A stretch of 64,000 nucleotides of DNA from Deltaproteobacteria bacterium (GTDB taxonomy: Bacteria; Desulfobacterota_D; UBA1144; Nemesobacterales; CSP1-2): positions 448,001-512,000 of the forward strand of contig JBQTHB010000005.1 in assembly GCA_052390235.1 (NCBI GenBank), written 5' to 3'. A program made the position numbers and the translations under genes. Shown here in pieces: positions 51,730 to 63,236 of this stretch. Under the pieces are notes generated by a model that saw nothing but the letters and a program-made list of their open reading frames with translations, did not search any database and had not been told where the DNA came from. Within the stretch, counting starts at the first letter, position 1. The number at the start of each line of letters is the position of its first letter.

Positions 51730-53331
51730 TTAGATGCTGAGGGCGGTTACTTTCTTATCTCCGCCGTATATGTAGTCGGAAATTACGCGCGCCACTACGA
51801 CGTTGCTGAAAACCGTTGACACAATCCCGATGCACAGCGTTGCGGCAAATCCCTTTATTGGCCCTGTGCCAAACCAAAAGAGTATCAGCCCCGTGAGAAG
51901 CGTCGTCAGATTGGCGTCAAACACTGTCCAAAAAGACCTCTGATAGCCGGCTTCGATTGCGCCGAGCGGGGTTCTCCCCCCTCGAAGCTCCTCTTTAATC
52001 CTCTCGAATATAATAATATTGCCGTCCAGAGCCATGCCCATCGTAAGCACAAGACCAGCGATTCCAGGGAGGGTCAGCGTAACCCCAAACGCAGATAGAA
52101 ATCCCATGATGAAAAACATATTGAGCGCGAGCGCTATGTCCGCCACTGCGCCCTGAAGCCTGTAGAAGAAAATCATAAACACCACTACTGCAATCCCCCC
52201 TACAATCATTGACATCTTTCCCTTTTCAATCGAATCCCGCCCGAGTGAAGGCCCTACGGTTTGCTCCTGCTCCACATCAACAGGAACGGGAAGCGCCCCT
52301 GAGCGCAGAACCAGCCCCAAGTCCCTTGCCTCCTCTAGGCTAAAACTGCCGGTGATTCTCCCTTGGGATGAAATCCTCTCTTGTATGACCGGGGCAGATT
52401 TTATCACTCCATCCAGCACGATGGCAAGCCTCCTGCCCACATTTTCTCCCGTAAGCTCGCCGAATCGGTTTGAGCCTTCTCCCTTAAAGCTGAATCCCAC
52501 GGCGGGCCTGCCGTATTCATCAAACACGAGCCTCGCGTCGGACAGATACTGCCCTGTAACTTTGGCGTCTCGCTCGGTTACAAAGAATTTCTCGTTCTCC
52601 TGTCCGGTGTCGCCGGGGTGGAGCGATGCTCCCTGGGCCTGAAGCTCTGCGGGGGATGAAACGCCGTATTTAGCTAGGATGGTCTCTTGAGTGGGGGCGG
52701 CGTCTTTGACGATTTTAAACTCAAGCACAGCGGCGCGCCTTATGATATTGATTATTCTCTCTCTGTCGGCGGCTCCGGCTCCGGGAACTTGTATGAGAAT
52801 TCTATCGCTACCCGTGCTTTGAATCGTAGGCTCGACGAGCCCGAATTCGTCCACGCGGTTTGTTATGGTCTCCTGCACCTGGTCAATGGCTCTTTTCTGA
52901 AGCTCGGCAATGTATCCGCCTTTAAGGGTGAATGCAATGGATAGCTCGTCTTCGGATATGGCGGCGATGTCTCTGTAGTTCTCGGCCGCGGCTTTTGCTT
53001 TTTCCATGTCGGATGCAGAGAAGAGATTTACATTAAGGGTACTGCCCACTGTGGTTATATCTTTAATTAGAACCCCGCCCTTGCCGAGTTCCTCCCTGAT
53101 TAAATTATCCAGATTCGCGAGTTCATGCTCTATGGCTTTTCCAGACTCAACGCCGAGAACGAGAAAAACCCCTCCCTTTAAGTCGAGTCCGAGGCTTATT
53201 CCCTTGGCAGGAAATATTTTAGACCACCAAGACGGGAGCCTGTCTCCGAGGATTGTGGGCACCAGAAAAATCAGCGAAAGAAACGCCACAACCAATATCA
53301 CGCTTACCCATGCTTTGGATACCCTTCTCAT
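51730..53331 (-). CDS. secD: Protein translocase subunit SecD
   Basis: LGLDLKGG, LRSGALP, VGPSLG, FERIKEE. Confidence 0.96.
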   Translation of the reverse strand: MRRVSKAWVSVILVVAFLSLIFLVPTILGDRLPSWWSKIFPAKGISLGLDLKGGVFLVLGVESGKAIEHELANLDNLIREELGKGGVLIKDITTVGSTLNVNLFSASDMEKAKAAAENYRDIAAISEDELSIAFTLKGGYIAELQKRAIDQVQETITNRVDEFGLVEPTIQSTGSDRILIQVPGAGAADRERIINIIRRAAVLEFKIVKDAAPTQETILAKYGVSSPAELQAQGASLHPGDTGQENEKFFVTERDAKVTGQYLSDARLVFDEYGRPAVGFSFKGEGSNRFGELTGENVGRRLAIVLDGVIKSAPVIQERISSQGRITGSFSLEEARDLGLVLRSGALPVPVDVEQEQTVGPSLGRDSIEKGKMSMIVGGIAVVVFMIFFYRLQGAVADIALALNMFFIMGFLSAFGVTLTLPGIAGLVLTMGMALDGNIIIFERIKEELRGGRTPLGAIEAGYQRSFWTVFDANLTTLLTGLILFWFGTGPIKGFAATLCIGIVSTVFSNVVVARVISDYIYGGDKKVTALSI

Positions 53332-53690
53332 TTTTCGGATTTCTCCTTTTCATCTTCTATTTTGGCGATTCCCACGACGCCCGAGCGCGCTATGCGGACG
53401 GTTACGCCCTTGGCTATTTCAACGGACATGGCATCTCCGCTGATGTTTATGATGCGCCCGTATATGCCGCCGGAGGTAATGACGCTATCTCCGCGCTTGA
53501 GATTCTTGAGCATCTCCTCGCGTTCTTTGGATTGTTTCTGCTGGGGCCTGAGTATCAAGAAGTAAAACAGTACGAATATTAAAACTATCGGCGCGAGGGC
53601 TACTAGCGGCGAGCCCCCTCCGCCTTCTGCTCCCGAAGGGGGAACGCATCCTGCCGCAAGCGCGGTCATCATCATAATGAAATATCTCAA
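53328..53690 (-). CDS. yajC: Preprotein translocase subunit YajC
   Basis: FYFLILRPQQK, LKRGDSVITSGGIYG; TTG start chosen after GGAGG. Confidence 0.9.
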   Translation of the reverse strand: MRYFIMMMTALAAGCVPPSGAEGGGGSPLVALAPIVLIFVLFYFLILRPQQKQSKEREEMLKNLKRGDSVITSGGIYGRIINISGDAMSVEIAKGVTVRIARSGVVGIAKIEDEKEKSEK

Positions 53691-53694
53691 TGTA

Positions 53695-54825
<1,131 letters not shown>

Positions 54826-54904
54826 TCAGGCTGACAAAATCAGTTTATTAAAATACCCAAACTCTCGGCAAATGTGTTTTCCCGTCGCCGAAATACCCTT
54901 TGGC

Positions 54905-55687
54905 TTAAATTCCAAGTACGTCCTTCATCGTGTAAATTCCGGCGGGTTTTCCCACAACCCACTTCATAGCCCGAATCGCCCCGCTTGCAAAGTTGTCCCT
55001 CGTCGAGGCTCTGTGGGTGAGTTCGATTCTCTCCCCTCTGCCAAAGAAAAAAACTGTATGCTCGCCGACTACATCCCCTCCGCGAAGGGCTTGAATCCCG
55101 ATTTCGCCGCTCCCTCTCTCGCCGATACGACCGTGCCTCGAATATACAGCCGCGTCCTTTAAATTTGTAGATAGAGCCTCGGCAATGACCTCGCCCAATT
55201 TCAGCGCCGTTCCGCTCGGAGAGTCAATTTTATGCCTGTGGTGCGTCTCCGCGATTTCTACGTCGAACCCATCTGCGAGTAGCAGGGCGATACTCCTTGC
55301 CGCTTCAAACATCACATTCACCCCAACGCTCGTATTTGGCGACAGCACGCAGGCAAACCCCTCGGCAAGGGATTTGAGCCTGGCGAGTTCATCCTCCCGA
55401 AATCCGGTGGTGCCAATGACCATAGCCCTCCCTGTTCGTGCGGCGAACTCGGCATTAATGAGGCTTGCGGCGGGGGTCGTGAAGTCAATTATCCCGTCGG
55501 CATCGGCGGCGGCGGCGTCTATAGAGCCACTCACGGGGATTTTTCCCTCTGCGATGAATCTGCCTATGAGAGGGTGCCCCTCTCTCTCAAGCGCACCCGA
55601 AATCAGGACTCCATCCTCTTGCAGGAGCAGGGATATTATTCTCTCTCCCATTCTCCCGCCCACTCCGGCGACTGCTATTTTAATCAT
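54905..55687 (-). CDS. dapB: 4-hydroxy-tetrahydrodipicolinate reductase
   Basis: GVGGRMG, DFT, GTTG, ETHHRHKIDSPSGTA. Confidence 0.95.
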   Translation of the reverse strand: MIKIAVAGVGGRMGERIISLLLQEDGVLISGALEREGHPLIGRFIAEGKIPVSGSIDAAAADADGIIDFTTPAASLINAEFAARTGRAMVIGTTGFREDELARLKSLAEGFACVLSPNTSVGVNVMFEAARSIALLLADGFDVEIAETHHRHKIDSPSGTALKLGEVIAEALSTNLKDAAVYSRHGRIGERGSGEIGIQALRGGDVVGEHTVFFFGRGERIELTHRASTRDNFASGAIRAMKWVVGKPAGIYTMKDVLGI

Positions 55688-56202
55688 TGCGCTCCAGCGC
55701 CTTCGCCGGCAGGGACTCCGTCGGGCAATGCGCAATTCTTAATGCACGAGTCCCCGACGATTTTCCATCTCCCCTCGATGGCGTTCAGTTCGTACTGAAC
55801 CTGCACGATTTTAGACGGCTCGGCGCCGGCGTCAATTGGGTTTTCAATGTTAAGCTCGACTACGATGTAGGACTGAGCGCCGAGGATTCTCACTCCGAGT
55901 ATTTCATAGCTTTTGAGCGCCCAATTGTATTTTTTGACCAGAATCTGCTCCATGTTAATTCTGTAGCTTTCCCTATCGAGGTTTCCCGCGTAACCGGCGC
56001 TTATGAAGTCGTAAGCCTTGAGGAAATTCTTAACCCTCAGGGCGTCGAGGTAGCCCGATACGGATTTAGCCGGAGAGGTGCGCGGGGGCGGCGGGGGAGC
56101 GGTTCTCACTGCCGGCGAGTCAGTATTCGATGCGTTTTGCAGGGCGCAGCCAAAGAGCGTCGTTATGACAAAAATTAAGAGGGGCAGAGAAATTCTATTC
56201 AC
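55684..56202 (-). CDS. Hypothetical lipoprotein
   Basis: Lipobox LFGC; stop overlaps the dapB start. Confidence 0.65.
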   Translation of the reverse strand: MNRISLPLLIFVITTLFGCALQNASNTDSPAVRTAPPPPPRTSPAKSVSGYLDALRVKNFLKAYDFISAGYAGNLDRESYRINMEQILVKKYNWALKSYEILGVRILGAQSYIVVELNIENPIDAGAEPSKIVQVQYELNAIEGRWKIVGDSCIKNCALPDGVPAGEGAGAQ

Positions 56203-56376
56203 TATTGCGCTATGTCCTTCAATTTCAAAAAGCTAGGCAATAGGATAAGCCAAAATACTGAAAATTCAAGAAAATTAGGAATTTAAGGCGGATTCTCGCC
56301 GGTACTGCCATCATGCGGCTGCCGAGCTATTCGGGGCGAATGATTAGGCATGGGAAATCTCAAATGTTCTCGCGGA

Positions 56377-57225
56377 TTACTTTCCGCTCTGCAACTTTTT
56401 TCGGAGCGTCCTTGTGGCGTGATTGATTATCCATGCGGTCTCTTTCGTCGCCGATTCCCCGGCCCATCGCTGGCAGGTGGATTCTACCCAATCGGCTCTA
56501 GTTTTGGATGCGTCGTTTAGCCAATTTGCAACCGAGCGCGCCACGTACCTGCTCGAATCCGAGCGCACACACTCCAGGAGTGTCCCTGCAAGATACGGCT
56601 CTTTTTTGAGCGCCTCGATGTGTCTGCACCAAACCCCGCGTGGGCGCGTCGCCTCAACGGCGCACCGGCGAATATTCTCATCATCGTCCACGCCCCACTC
56701 CCGGAGAAGCGCCACTCCCTCGTCGAGATTCTCGGCAACGTATCCGCGAAACGAATCCCATGCGCACTCACGAACCGCCATGTGCTGGTCTGCGGCGAAT
56801 CTGCGTGACATCCGTAAACGCTCCGCCAGATGGATTTCCCTGTCCGACGAGAGGACATACGCCGCCCAAGCCCTGACCATATCGGATTTGTGCGACGCCA
56901 GAGCCTGCCAAATTTCACCCCGCTGCTGTGGATTTCGGAGCAGAATTTCAAACAGGGCGTTCGCAATTTTTTTAAGCCGCGCCGTTACGCCCTCGCCCCT
57001 TACGCTCCTCGCAAAATCCGCCGCCCTCCCGATGTCAGCGTCCGAAAACCCGGCTTGGGGCAGGGCGTTTTCAATTAGAGTCGGCATATCAATCGCGAGC
57101 CACTCGACAAGCGTTACTGTCTCCTCTCGCCCTTCGCTAAGCGCCCTCAGTACCTCCGGCGGGATGTCGGACATCCTAGCCGCCCCCTTTCGCCTCTTTT
57201 GCCCTCTGCCCTCTGCCTCGCTCAT
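56377..57225 (-). CDS. HEAT-repeat DNA alkylation repair protein (AlkD-like)
   Basis: RRCAVEATRPRGVW, D.SRYVARSVANWLNDASK. Confidence 0.75.
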   Translation of the reverse strand: MSEAEGRGQKRRKGAARMSDIPPEVLRALSEGREETVTLVEWLAIDMPTLIENALPQAGFSDADIGRAADFARSVRGEGVTARLKKIANALFEILLRNPQQRGEIWQALASHKSDMVRAWAAYVLSSDREIHLAERLRMSRRFAADQHMAVRECAWDSFRGYVAENLDEGVALLREWGVDDDENIRRCAVEATRPRGVWCRHIEALKKEPYLAGTLLECVRSDSSRYVARSVANWLNDASKTRADWVESTCQRWAGESATKETAWIINHATRTLRKKLQSGK

Positions 57226-57294
57226 GGAATAATTCTACTCCATCCCCGCCGGTTTTGGCAATCCGCCCTTTGTGGGTTATAATCAAAATCCGTC

Positions 57295-58314
57295 ATGAAT
57301 ATTGAACTTTTAAAGCTCCTATGCGAGACCGCGGGGCTTCCCGGCGCCGAAGAGCCGATTCGCGAAATCGTCCTCTCGTCCCTCCGCGAATTTACCGATG
57401 AGATTTCCTGTGACCGCCTCGGAAACGTCGTCGCCCATATTGCGGGCAAGGGCCCAAGGCTGGTTTTGGACGCTCACATGGACGAAGTCGGCTTCATGGT
57501 GAGCCACGTGGATGCAAGAGGGTTTGTGCGTGTGATACCGCTTGGGGGAATTGATGCGAGGGTATTCTACGGGCAGAGGTTAGTGGTGTGGGGAGGGAGG
57601 CCCCTTATCGGGATGGTTGCCGCCCTTCCGCCTCATATAAGTAAATCGTCCGGCGAAAGGGACGCTCCCGATGTGGAGGACTGCCTAATTGACCTTGGGC
57701 TTTCGGGCGATACGGTTCATGGGCTGGTCAAAGCGGGCGATGTGGTCTCCTACTTCTCTCCCTTTGTCGAGACTGAAGAGGCTATAATATCCAAAGCCAT
57801 TGACGATAGGGTGGGGCTCTTCGTAATGCTCGAAGCGCTCAGGCGAAAATCCGCTTTGGGGTGCGATTTATATGTTACGGCTACGGTTCAGGAGGAAATG
57901 GGGCTGAGGGGGGCAAATGTTATCGTCCCCGCTCTGGAGCCGGATTTTGCGGTGGTTCTCGAAGGCACGGTATCAAATGACCTTCCAGGGGTTGCCGACC
58001 ACAAAACGTTGGCCAAAACGGGCAGAGGCCCTGAGATTAGGCTCTCGGATAAGTATCTTCTCGCCGACCGCGCTCTGAGTTTTTATATGATGAAATTAGC
58101 CGAGGCGCGGGGGATTCCCTATCAGGTTACGGTTAAAAAAGCGGGAAGCACCAACGCCACCGCCATGCAGGTTACGGGCAGGGGAACGAGAGTCGGCGCG
58201 GTGTCGGTGCCAGTGCGCTATCTCCATAGCCCAAGCTCAGTTGCCTATAAATCTGACATTGAAGAGACGATAAAACTCGTTGTTGCTATCTTAGAAGAGT
58301 TAAAAAATATATAA
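57295..58314 (+). CDS. M42-family aminopeptidase
   Basis: AHMDEVG, KAIDDR, QEEMG, RYLHS. Confidence 0.9.
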   Translation: MNIELLKLLCETAGLPGAEEPIREIVLSSLREFTDEISCDRLGNVVAHIAGKGPRLVLDAHMDEVGFMVSHVDARGFVRVIPLGGIDARVFYGQRLVVWGGRPLIGMVAALPPHISKSSGERDAPDVEDCLIDLGLSGDTVHGLVKAGDVVSYFSPFVETEEAIISKAIDDRVGLFVMLEALRRKSALGCDLYVTATVQEEMGLRGANVIVPALEPDFAVVLEGTVSNDLPGVADHKTLAKTGRGPEIRLSDKYLLADRALSFYMMKLAEARGIPYQVTVKKAGSTNATAMQVTGRGTRVGAVSVPVRYLHSPSSVAYKSDIEETIKLVVAILEELKNI

Positions 58315-58472
58315 ATCCAACTCGGTTTGCGCCGGAGAGACTGAAGCGGGGGGCGGCGCAATATGCCCCCCACTCAAATTTTCACAGCAGAGCCGATATA
58401 CCCAATACTCTAAGCTCAAAACTGCCTCCCATTCTCCATCGTCCTCTATGTGTTTGAGCTTGAAGCGCGTGT

Positions 58473-58880
58473 TTATATCACCTTTTTGTTCAAAATCGCG
58501 CCGTGAAGCGACCTTAAAAGCAAAAACAGCACGAGATAAATTGACGTTGCAAAGAACGTTACCGAGCAAGAGTTATCCGGGTTAACCGAGCCGGACTGCC
58601 ATATATCGAATATGATTGAAATGGCGAGGCTTAAAATAACTCCGAAGTTAAGCACTGATAAATAGCTCTGCGTGGTCAGGCCGTCGTAGTCCGCTGGCTC
58701 ATCCTTGGACAGCTTTGATTCAATCGTCCAGGCGGCAAGCAGAATCCCAAGGAATATGAGCTTAAATCCAGCCGATGCAGGCGTTGCGCTCGCTCCGAGG
58801 TAGTGAGCGGTCATGAAACCCAGAATCAGCATAAACACTACCCAAACGACTCCCATCAGAAGACCTTCTCTTGAAACCAT
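58473..58880 (-). CDS. Hypothetical membrane protein
   Basis: Four TM-like segments, GGAGGAG SD. Confidence 0.6.
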   Translation of the reverse strand: MVSREGLLMGVVWVVFMLILGFMTAHYLGASATPASAGFKLIFLGILLAAWTIESKLSKDEPADYDGLTTQSYLSVLNFGVILSLAISIIFDIWQSGSVNPDNSCSVTFFATSIYLVLFLLLRSLHGAILNKKVI

Positions 58881-59047
58881 TTGAATTTCTCCTCCTCCAA
58901 GATTTTTAGCGTCATTCTATCATAACTCCGTTAGCATATTCAACAGGTTTTTTTTCATTCTGCGAAATTAATTCGGATACCCCGAACCCCCATCCAAGTT
59001 GCCGGAAATTCGGTCGCCGCCGCCGCTTGTGGTATTATTAGCCCGCT

Positions 59048-59389
59048 ATGGACATTCGCCCCCTGCTTGAGGTTTTCGATAAAGCCCTGTACTCATCAAA
59101 CGGCTTCCCCCTCGCCAAGGCTGAGGAGATTCTCCGGGCGTCTCTCAATGAGCGCGGGCGTTTCGACCCTCAGGACGAGGCGCTGATAGAAGCCATTTTA
59201 AGGGACGGCGACAGGCTCTTTGAGAAGTCCTTCGCCGAGAGCGTTGAGGGCTATAAATCCGGCTTGCCTCTGGGCGAGGTATTCGGGGCTGATGAGTCTC
59301 ACGCCGCCGATGCGGTTCGGATTTTCATAGGAATTTTGGAGAATCTCATCAATTACTACTACAGCGCCATGATTCGCGGGCAGCTCTAA
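59048..59389 (+). CDS. Hypothetical protein
   Basis: 113-aa ORF with host-like composition filling an intergenic gap. Confidence 0.5.
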   Translation: MDIRPLLEVFDKALYSSNGFPLAKAEEILRASLNERGRFDPQDEALIEAILRDGDRLFEKSFAESVEGYKSGLPLGEVFGADESHAADAVRIFIGILENLINYYYSAMIRGQL

Positions 59390-59470
59390 TGAAAAATGGG
59401 CTCAAAACCCGCCGTCGGATATTGAACCCACTCTCAATTTCAACCCTTAATTTTTACCTTTATGAGTTTC

Positions 59471-60757
59471 TTATCTCTCTTCCATAGGCACGTAACTGCG
59501 CACTCCCTCGCCGAGATAGACTTGGCGCGGGCGGGCGATTTTCCTCTCAGGGTCTTCAAGCATCTCTTTCCACTGAGCCAGCCAGCCGGATGTGCGCGCG
59601 ATGGCGAAAAGCACGGTAAATATGCTCTTAGGCAGTTTCATGCTCTCATAAATCAGCCCGGAATAGAAGTCCACGTTCGGGTACAGCTTGCGTTTAACGA
59701 AATAATCGTCCTCAAGGGCGATTCTCTCAAGTTCAAGCGCAATATCGAGGAGCGGGTTTTTGCCGGTAACCTCGAAAACCTCGTGTGCGATTCTCTTGAT
59801 TATCTTCGCCCTCGGATCATAGGACTTATAGACGCGGTGTCCGAAACCCATGAGCCTGAACTCTCCGGCTTTGGCGCGCTTTATGTACTGGGGGATATTA
59901 TTGACCGAGCCGATTTCCTGAAGCATATCAAGCACCTCTTCGTTCGCTCCTCCGTGAAGGGGCCCGTAGAGGGCGGCAATTGCGGCGGCGGCGGCGGAGT
60001 AGGGGTCTGGCAGAGAGCTTCCGGCGCCCCTCATGGTGCTGGTGCTACAGTTCTGCTCGTGGTCGGCGTGGAGGATAAATAGCACGTCCATAGCCTTCTC
60101 AATTGCCGGATGCGGTTTGTATTTAAGCTCCGTCATTTTGAACATCATATTGAGGAAATTCCCGGCGTAGCTAAGGTCGTTATCGGGATAGACATACGGA
60201 AGCCCCATGGAGTGGCGGTAGGAAAACGCGGCGAGCGTGGGGATTTTCGATATCAGGCGGTTGATTTGAATCTCTCTGACCTGTGGGTTAAAAATGTCTT
60301 TGGCTTCCGGGTAGAAGGTGGACAGGGCGGCTACGGTGCTGAGGAGCATTCCCATTGGGTGGGCGTCGTGGCGAAATCCGTCCATGAATTTTTTGACGCT
60401 CTCATGGATAAATGTGTGATAGGTTATGTCGTGATCCCATTTCTCTTGCTGCTCTTTTGTGGGAAGCTCTCCGTTGAGGAGCAGGTACGCGACCTCAAGG
60501 TAATTGCTCTTTTCGGCAAGCTCTTCTATTGGGTATCCGCGGTACAGGAGGATTCCGTTGTCTCCGTCAATGTATGTTACTCGGCTCGTGCAGGAAGCCG
60601 TGTTGCTATATGCCGGATCGTAGCTCATAAGACCGAAATCCTCAGGTTTGACCCTGATTTGGCGCAAATCCATCGCGTTGATGGTTTCATTCTTTATAGG
60701 GATTTCGTAGTCCTTTCCGGTCCTATTGTCCGTAATTGTTAATGTGTCCTTCGGCAT
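59471..60757 (-). CDS. gltA: Citrate synthase
   Basis: HADHEQNCST, GPLHGGAN, GFGHRVY, PNVDFYSG. Confidence 0.96.
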   Translation of the reverse strand: MPKDTLTITDNRTGKDYEIPIKNETINAMDLRQIRVKPEDFGLMSYDPAYSNTASCTSRVTYIDGDNGILLYRGYPIEELAEKSNYLEVAYLLLNGELPTKEQQEKWDHDITYHTFIHESVKKFMDGFRHDAHPMGMLLSTVAALSTFYPEAKDIFNPQVREIQINRLISKIPTLAAFSYRHSMGLPYVYPDNDLSYAGNFLNMMFKMTELKYKPHPAIEKAMDVLFILHADHEQNCSTSTMRGAGSSLPDPYSAAAAAIAALYGPLHGGANEEVLDMLQEIGSVNNIPQYIKRAKAGEFRLMGFGHRVYKSYDPRAKIIKRIAHEVFEVTGKNPLLDIALELERIALEDDYFVKRKLYPNVDFYSGLIYESMKLPKSIFTVLFAIARTSGWLAQWKEMLEDPERKIARPRQVYLGEGVRSYVPMEER

Positions 60758-60988
60758 AACTTACCTCCTTGAACTTTTTGGTTTAGGATACTTTGATAAT
60801 GGATTCCGACTCTCGCCCGTTTAGAGCAGTGAAGACAATACCCAAACTTCCGAATTTTTCAAATTTGAGGGCGAAATCCCCGCAGTTGCGGTTTTCAGAT
60901 GCGCAGATTCCCTTGGCGGATGGGGATTGAATCCTTCCAGAGAATGATTCATCCTATTCCGTAATGAATTTCTATTCTGGAGGAAGTC

Positions 60989-61831
60989 ATGAAAAAGTAT
61001 GCAATCCTATCCTTAATGTTGTTCTCTGTTGCCATTGGATTTGTCCCTTCTGCCGCCCGCGCTGCCTCATTTGACCATTCCCATTCGGTTTACGACGCCC
61101 TGTTGAAGCGCCACGTCCGAGCTGGCAGGGTTGACTACAGGGGATTTCTCGCCTCCGGGGATGAGTTCGCCAAATACCTCGCCGCTCTCGGCTCGGCGTC
61201 CGAGGCGGATTTAAAAACGTGGTCGCGGGAGCAGAAACTCGCCTTTTGGATAAACTCCTACAACGCCTTCACGCTCAAAGCCATCCTAGACAACTACCCC
61301 ATCAAGGGAAGCTCCTTCAGCATTTACCCCAAAAATAGCATCCGCCAAATCAGCGGCGTGTGGGATAAACTGAAGTTTCAAGCCGCCGGCCGAATGATTA
61401 CGCTCGAAGGCATAGAACACGGTATTCTGAGAAAAGATTTCGGGGAGCCGAGAATCCATTTTGCCATCGTATGCGCTTCAATTGGATGCCCGGATTTAAG
61501 AGCAGAGGCTTATCGCGCTGATATTCTCGATAAACAGCTGGAGAGCGCGGGCGCCGGGTTTATCGGTAGCTCGCAAAAAGGGGTGAAAATTTCGGCGGCG
61601 GATAAGTCCGTGAAGGTGTCGAAAATATTTAGCTGGTTCGCCGAGGATTTTAAAGCCTCCGCAGACGCCTCGGAGCTGTTTAAAAATAGGGATACAGCAG
61701 AAAGGGGGGTGCTAAATTTCATAAGCAAGTATCTGCGCTCGGAGGGCGACAGGGCATTTTTCGACGCGGGCGACTTCAAACTCTCCTACCTCAGCTACGA
61801 TTGGACTCTGAACGAGCAGAAGACAAAGTAG
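60989..61831 (+). CDS. DUF547-domain secreted protein
   Basis: AFWINSYNA, IEHGILR, PRIHFAIVCASIGCP, YDWTLN. Confidence 0.85.
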   Translation: MKKYAILSLMLFSVAIGFVPSAARAASFDHSHSVYDALLKRHVRAGRVDYRGFLASGDEFAKYLAALGSASEADLKTWSREQKLAFWINSYNAFTLKAILDNYPIKGSSFSIYPKNSIRQISGVWDKLKFQAAGRMITLEGIEHGILRKDFGEPRIHFAIVCASIGCPDLRAEAYRADILDKQLESAGAGFIGSSQKGVKISAADKSVKVSKIFSWFAEDFKASADASELFKNRDTAERGVLNFISKYLRSEGDRAFFDAGDFKLSYLSYDWTLNEQKTK

Positions 61832-61965
61832 GACGGGTTTTATTTAGTTGAGAATATATCTCGTCCTCTGATAAATTCGGCATGAACGAGAGGGTAGGGT
61901 AGGAGTAGGGCTTACCGCTCAATCAGAGGAGAGAGCCTGGTATTCTCTCTCCCCCGCGATTTAAA

Positions 61966-63060
61966 TTATCTGTCCTTTAGATTGCGTCTTCTGATAAATG
62001 CCGGTATGTCGGTTTCATCGTCCCTGCTGATACTGCCGACTAAATCGCCGCCGCTTCCCACGAGCTTTGAAGCGACTTTGTTGATTTGCGTAACGCTCGC
62101 CCCTTGGATTCCCGTGGCGATGACCGTTATCCTCACGGAATTTTTCATCGTCTCATCGAACACGAGCCCAAATATGAGATTTACGTCCTCAAACGCGCGC
62201 TCTTTGATGTAGCTACAGGCTTCGTTCAGGTCTTCGATGCCAAAATCGGGGGACGCTGTAACGTTTATTAATATTCCCTTAGCCCCGTCAATTGACAACT
62301 CTTCTAGGAGCGGGCTTGTTATCGCCGCTTCCGCCGCCTCGATTCCCTTCTTGTCCCCTTCGGCATATCCAGTTCCCATTAGGGCTTTGCCGCCGTTTTC
62401 ACTCATGATGCTCTTTACGTCGGCGAAGTCAACGTTGATGTAGCCCGTGCCGGTAATGATGTCCGAAATCCCGCGTACGGCTTGATACAGCACCTCGTCG
62501 GCTTTCTTGAATGCATCGATAATGCTGATTTTATGCACCGAGGCGAGGCGGTCGTTAGGGATGACTATCAGAGTGTCAACGTCCTTCTCAAGCCCGTCAA
62601 TGCCTTGGTTCGCCTGTTTGTTTCGTCTCGGTCCCTCGAAGCCAAACGGTTTAGTTACGACCCCGACCGTAAGAGCTTTCAGTTCCTTTGAAATTTGAGC
62701 CACGAGCGGAGACGCTCCCGTGCCTGTGCCGCCTCCCATTCCGGCGGTAATGAAGACCATGTCAGCCCCTTCGAGGGCGTCTGCGATTTTCGCCTGATCC
62801 TCTACTGCCGCCTCTCTGCCAAGCTGAGGATTACCGCCTGAGCCTAGCCCTTTGGTCGCCCTTGTGCCGATTTGAATTTTTATCGAGGCAAGGGATTTTT
62901 TTAAATCCTGAGCGTCGGTGTTGGCTACTATAAACTCAACCCCCGTAAGTCCCCTTTCAATCATCGTATTGACGGCGTTTCCCCCGGCGCCGCCTACTCC
63001 TATCACTTTTATTTTCGCTCTCTGCTCAGTCCCCGCGTATTCAGCCTCAAATTTTGCCAT
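61966..63060 (-). CDS. ftsZ: Cell division protein FtsZ
   Basis: GGGTGTG signature, NVDFAD, DIPAFIR. Confidence 0.98.
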   Translation of the reverse strand: MAKFEAEYAGTEQRAKIKVIGVGGAGGNAVNTMIERGLTGVEFIVANTDAQDLKKSLASIKIQIGTRATKGLGSGGNPQLGREAAVEDQAKIADALEGADMVFITAGMGGGTGTGASPLVAQISKELKALTVGVVTKPFGFEGPRRNKQANQGIDGLEKDVDTLIVIPNDRLASVHKISIIDAFKKADEVLYQAVRGISDIITGTGYINVDFADVKSIMSENGGKALMGTGYAEGDKKGIEAAEAAITSPLLEELSIDGAKGILINVTASPDFGIEDLNEACSYIKERAFEDVNLIFGLVFDETMKNSVRITVIATGIQGASVTQINKVASKLVGSGGDLVGSISRDDETDIPAFIRRRNLKDR

Positions 63061-63236
63061 TGCTAACCCCTCCTATGGATGAATCCAAAATAAAACAGCG
63101 CCCTCTTGTTTTCAGTCGGTCAACGCTTCAACTGCAGGCTACGTCTCTCCATCCCCCCCATTCTCGTCTCGCGGGGCGAGATGCAACAGATGTAGCCATG
63201 CCCTCCTAATTTGGGCGAGGGAGGGCATAATTCAGA

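Noticed and set aside
56423..60742. Long antisense ORFs (56423-57232, 59462-60082, 60110-60742)
   Set aside because: Shadows of well-supported genes on the opposite strand in GC-rich DNA.
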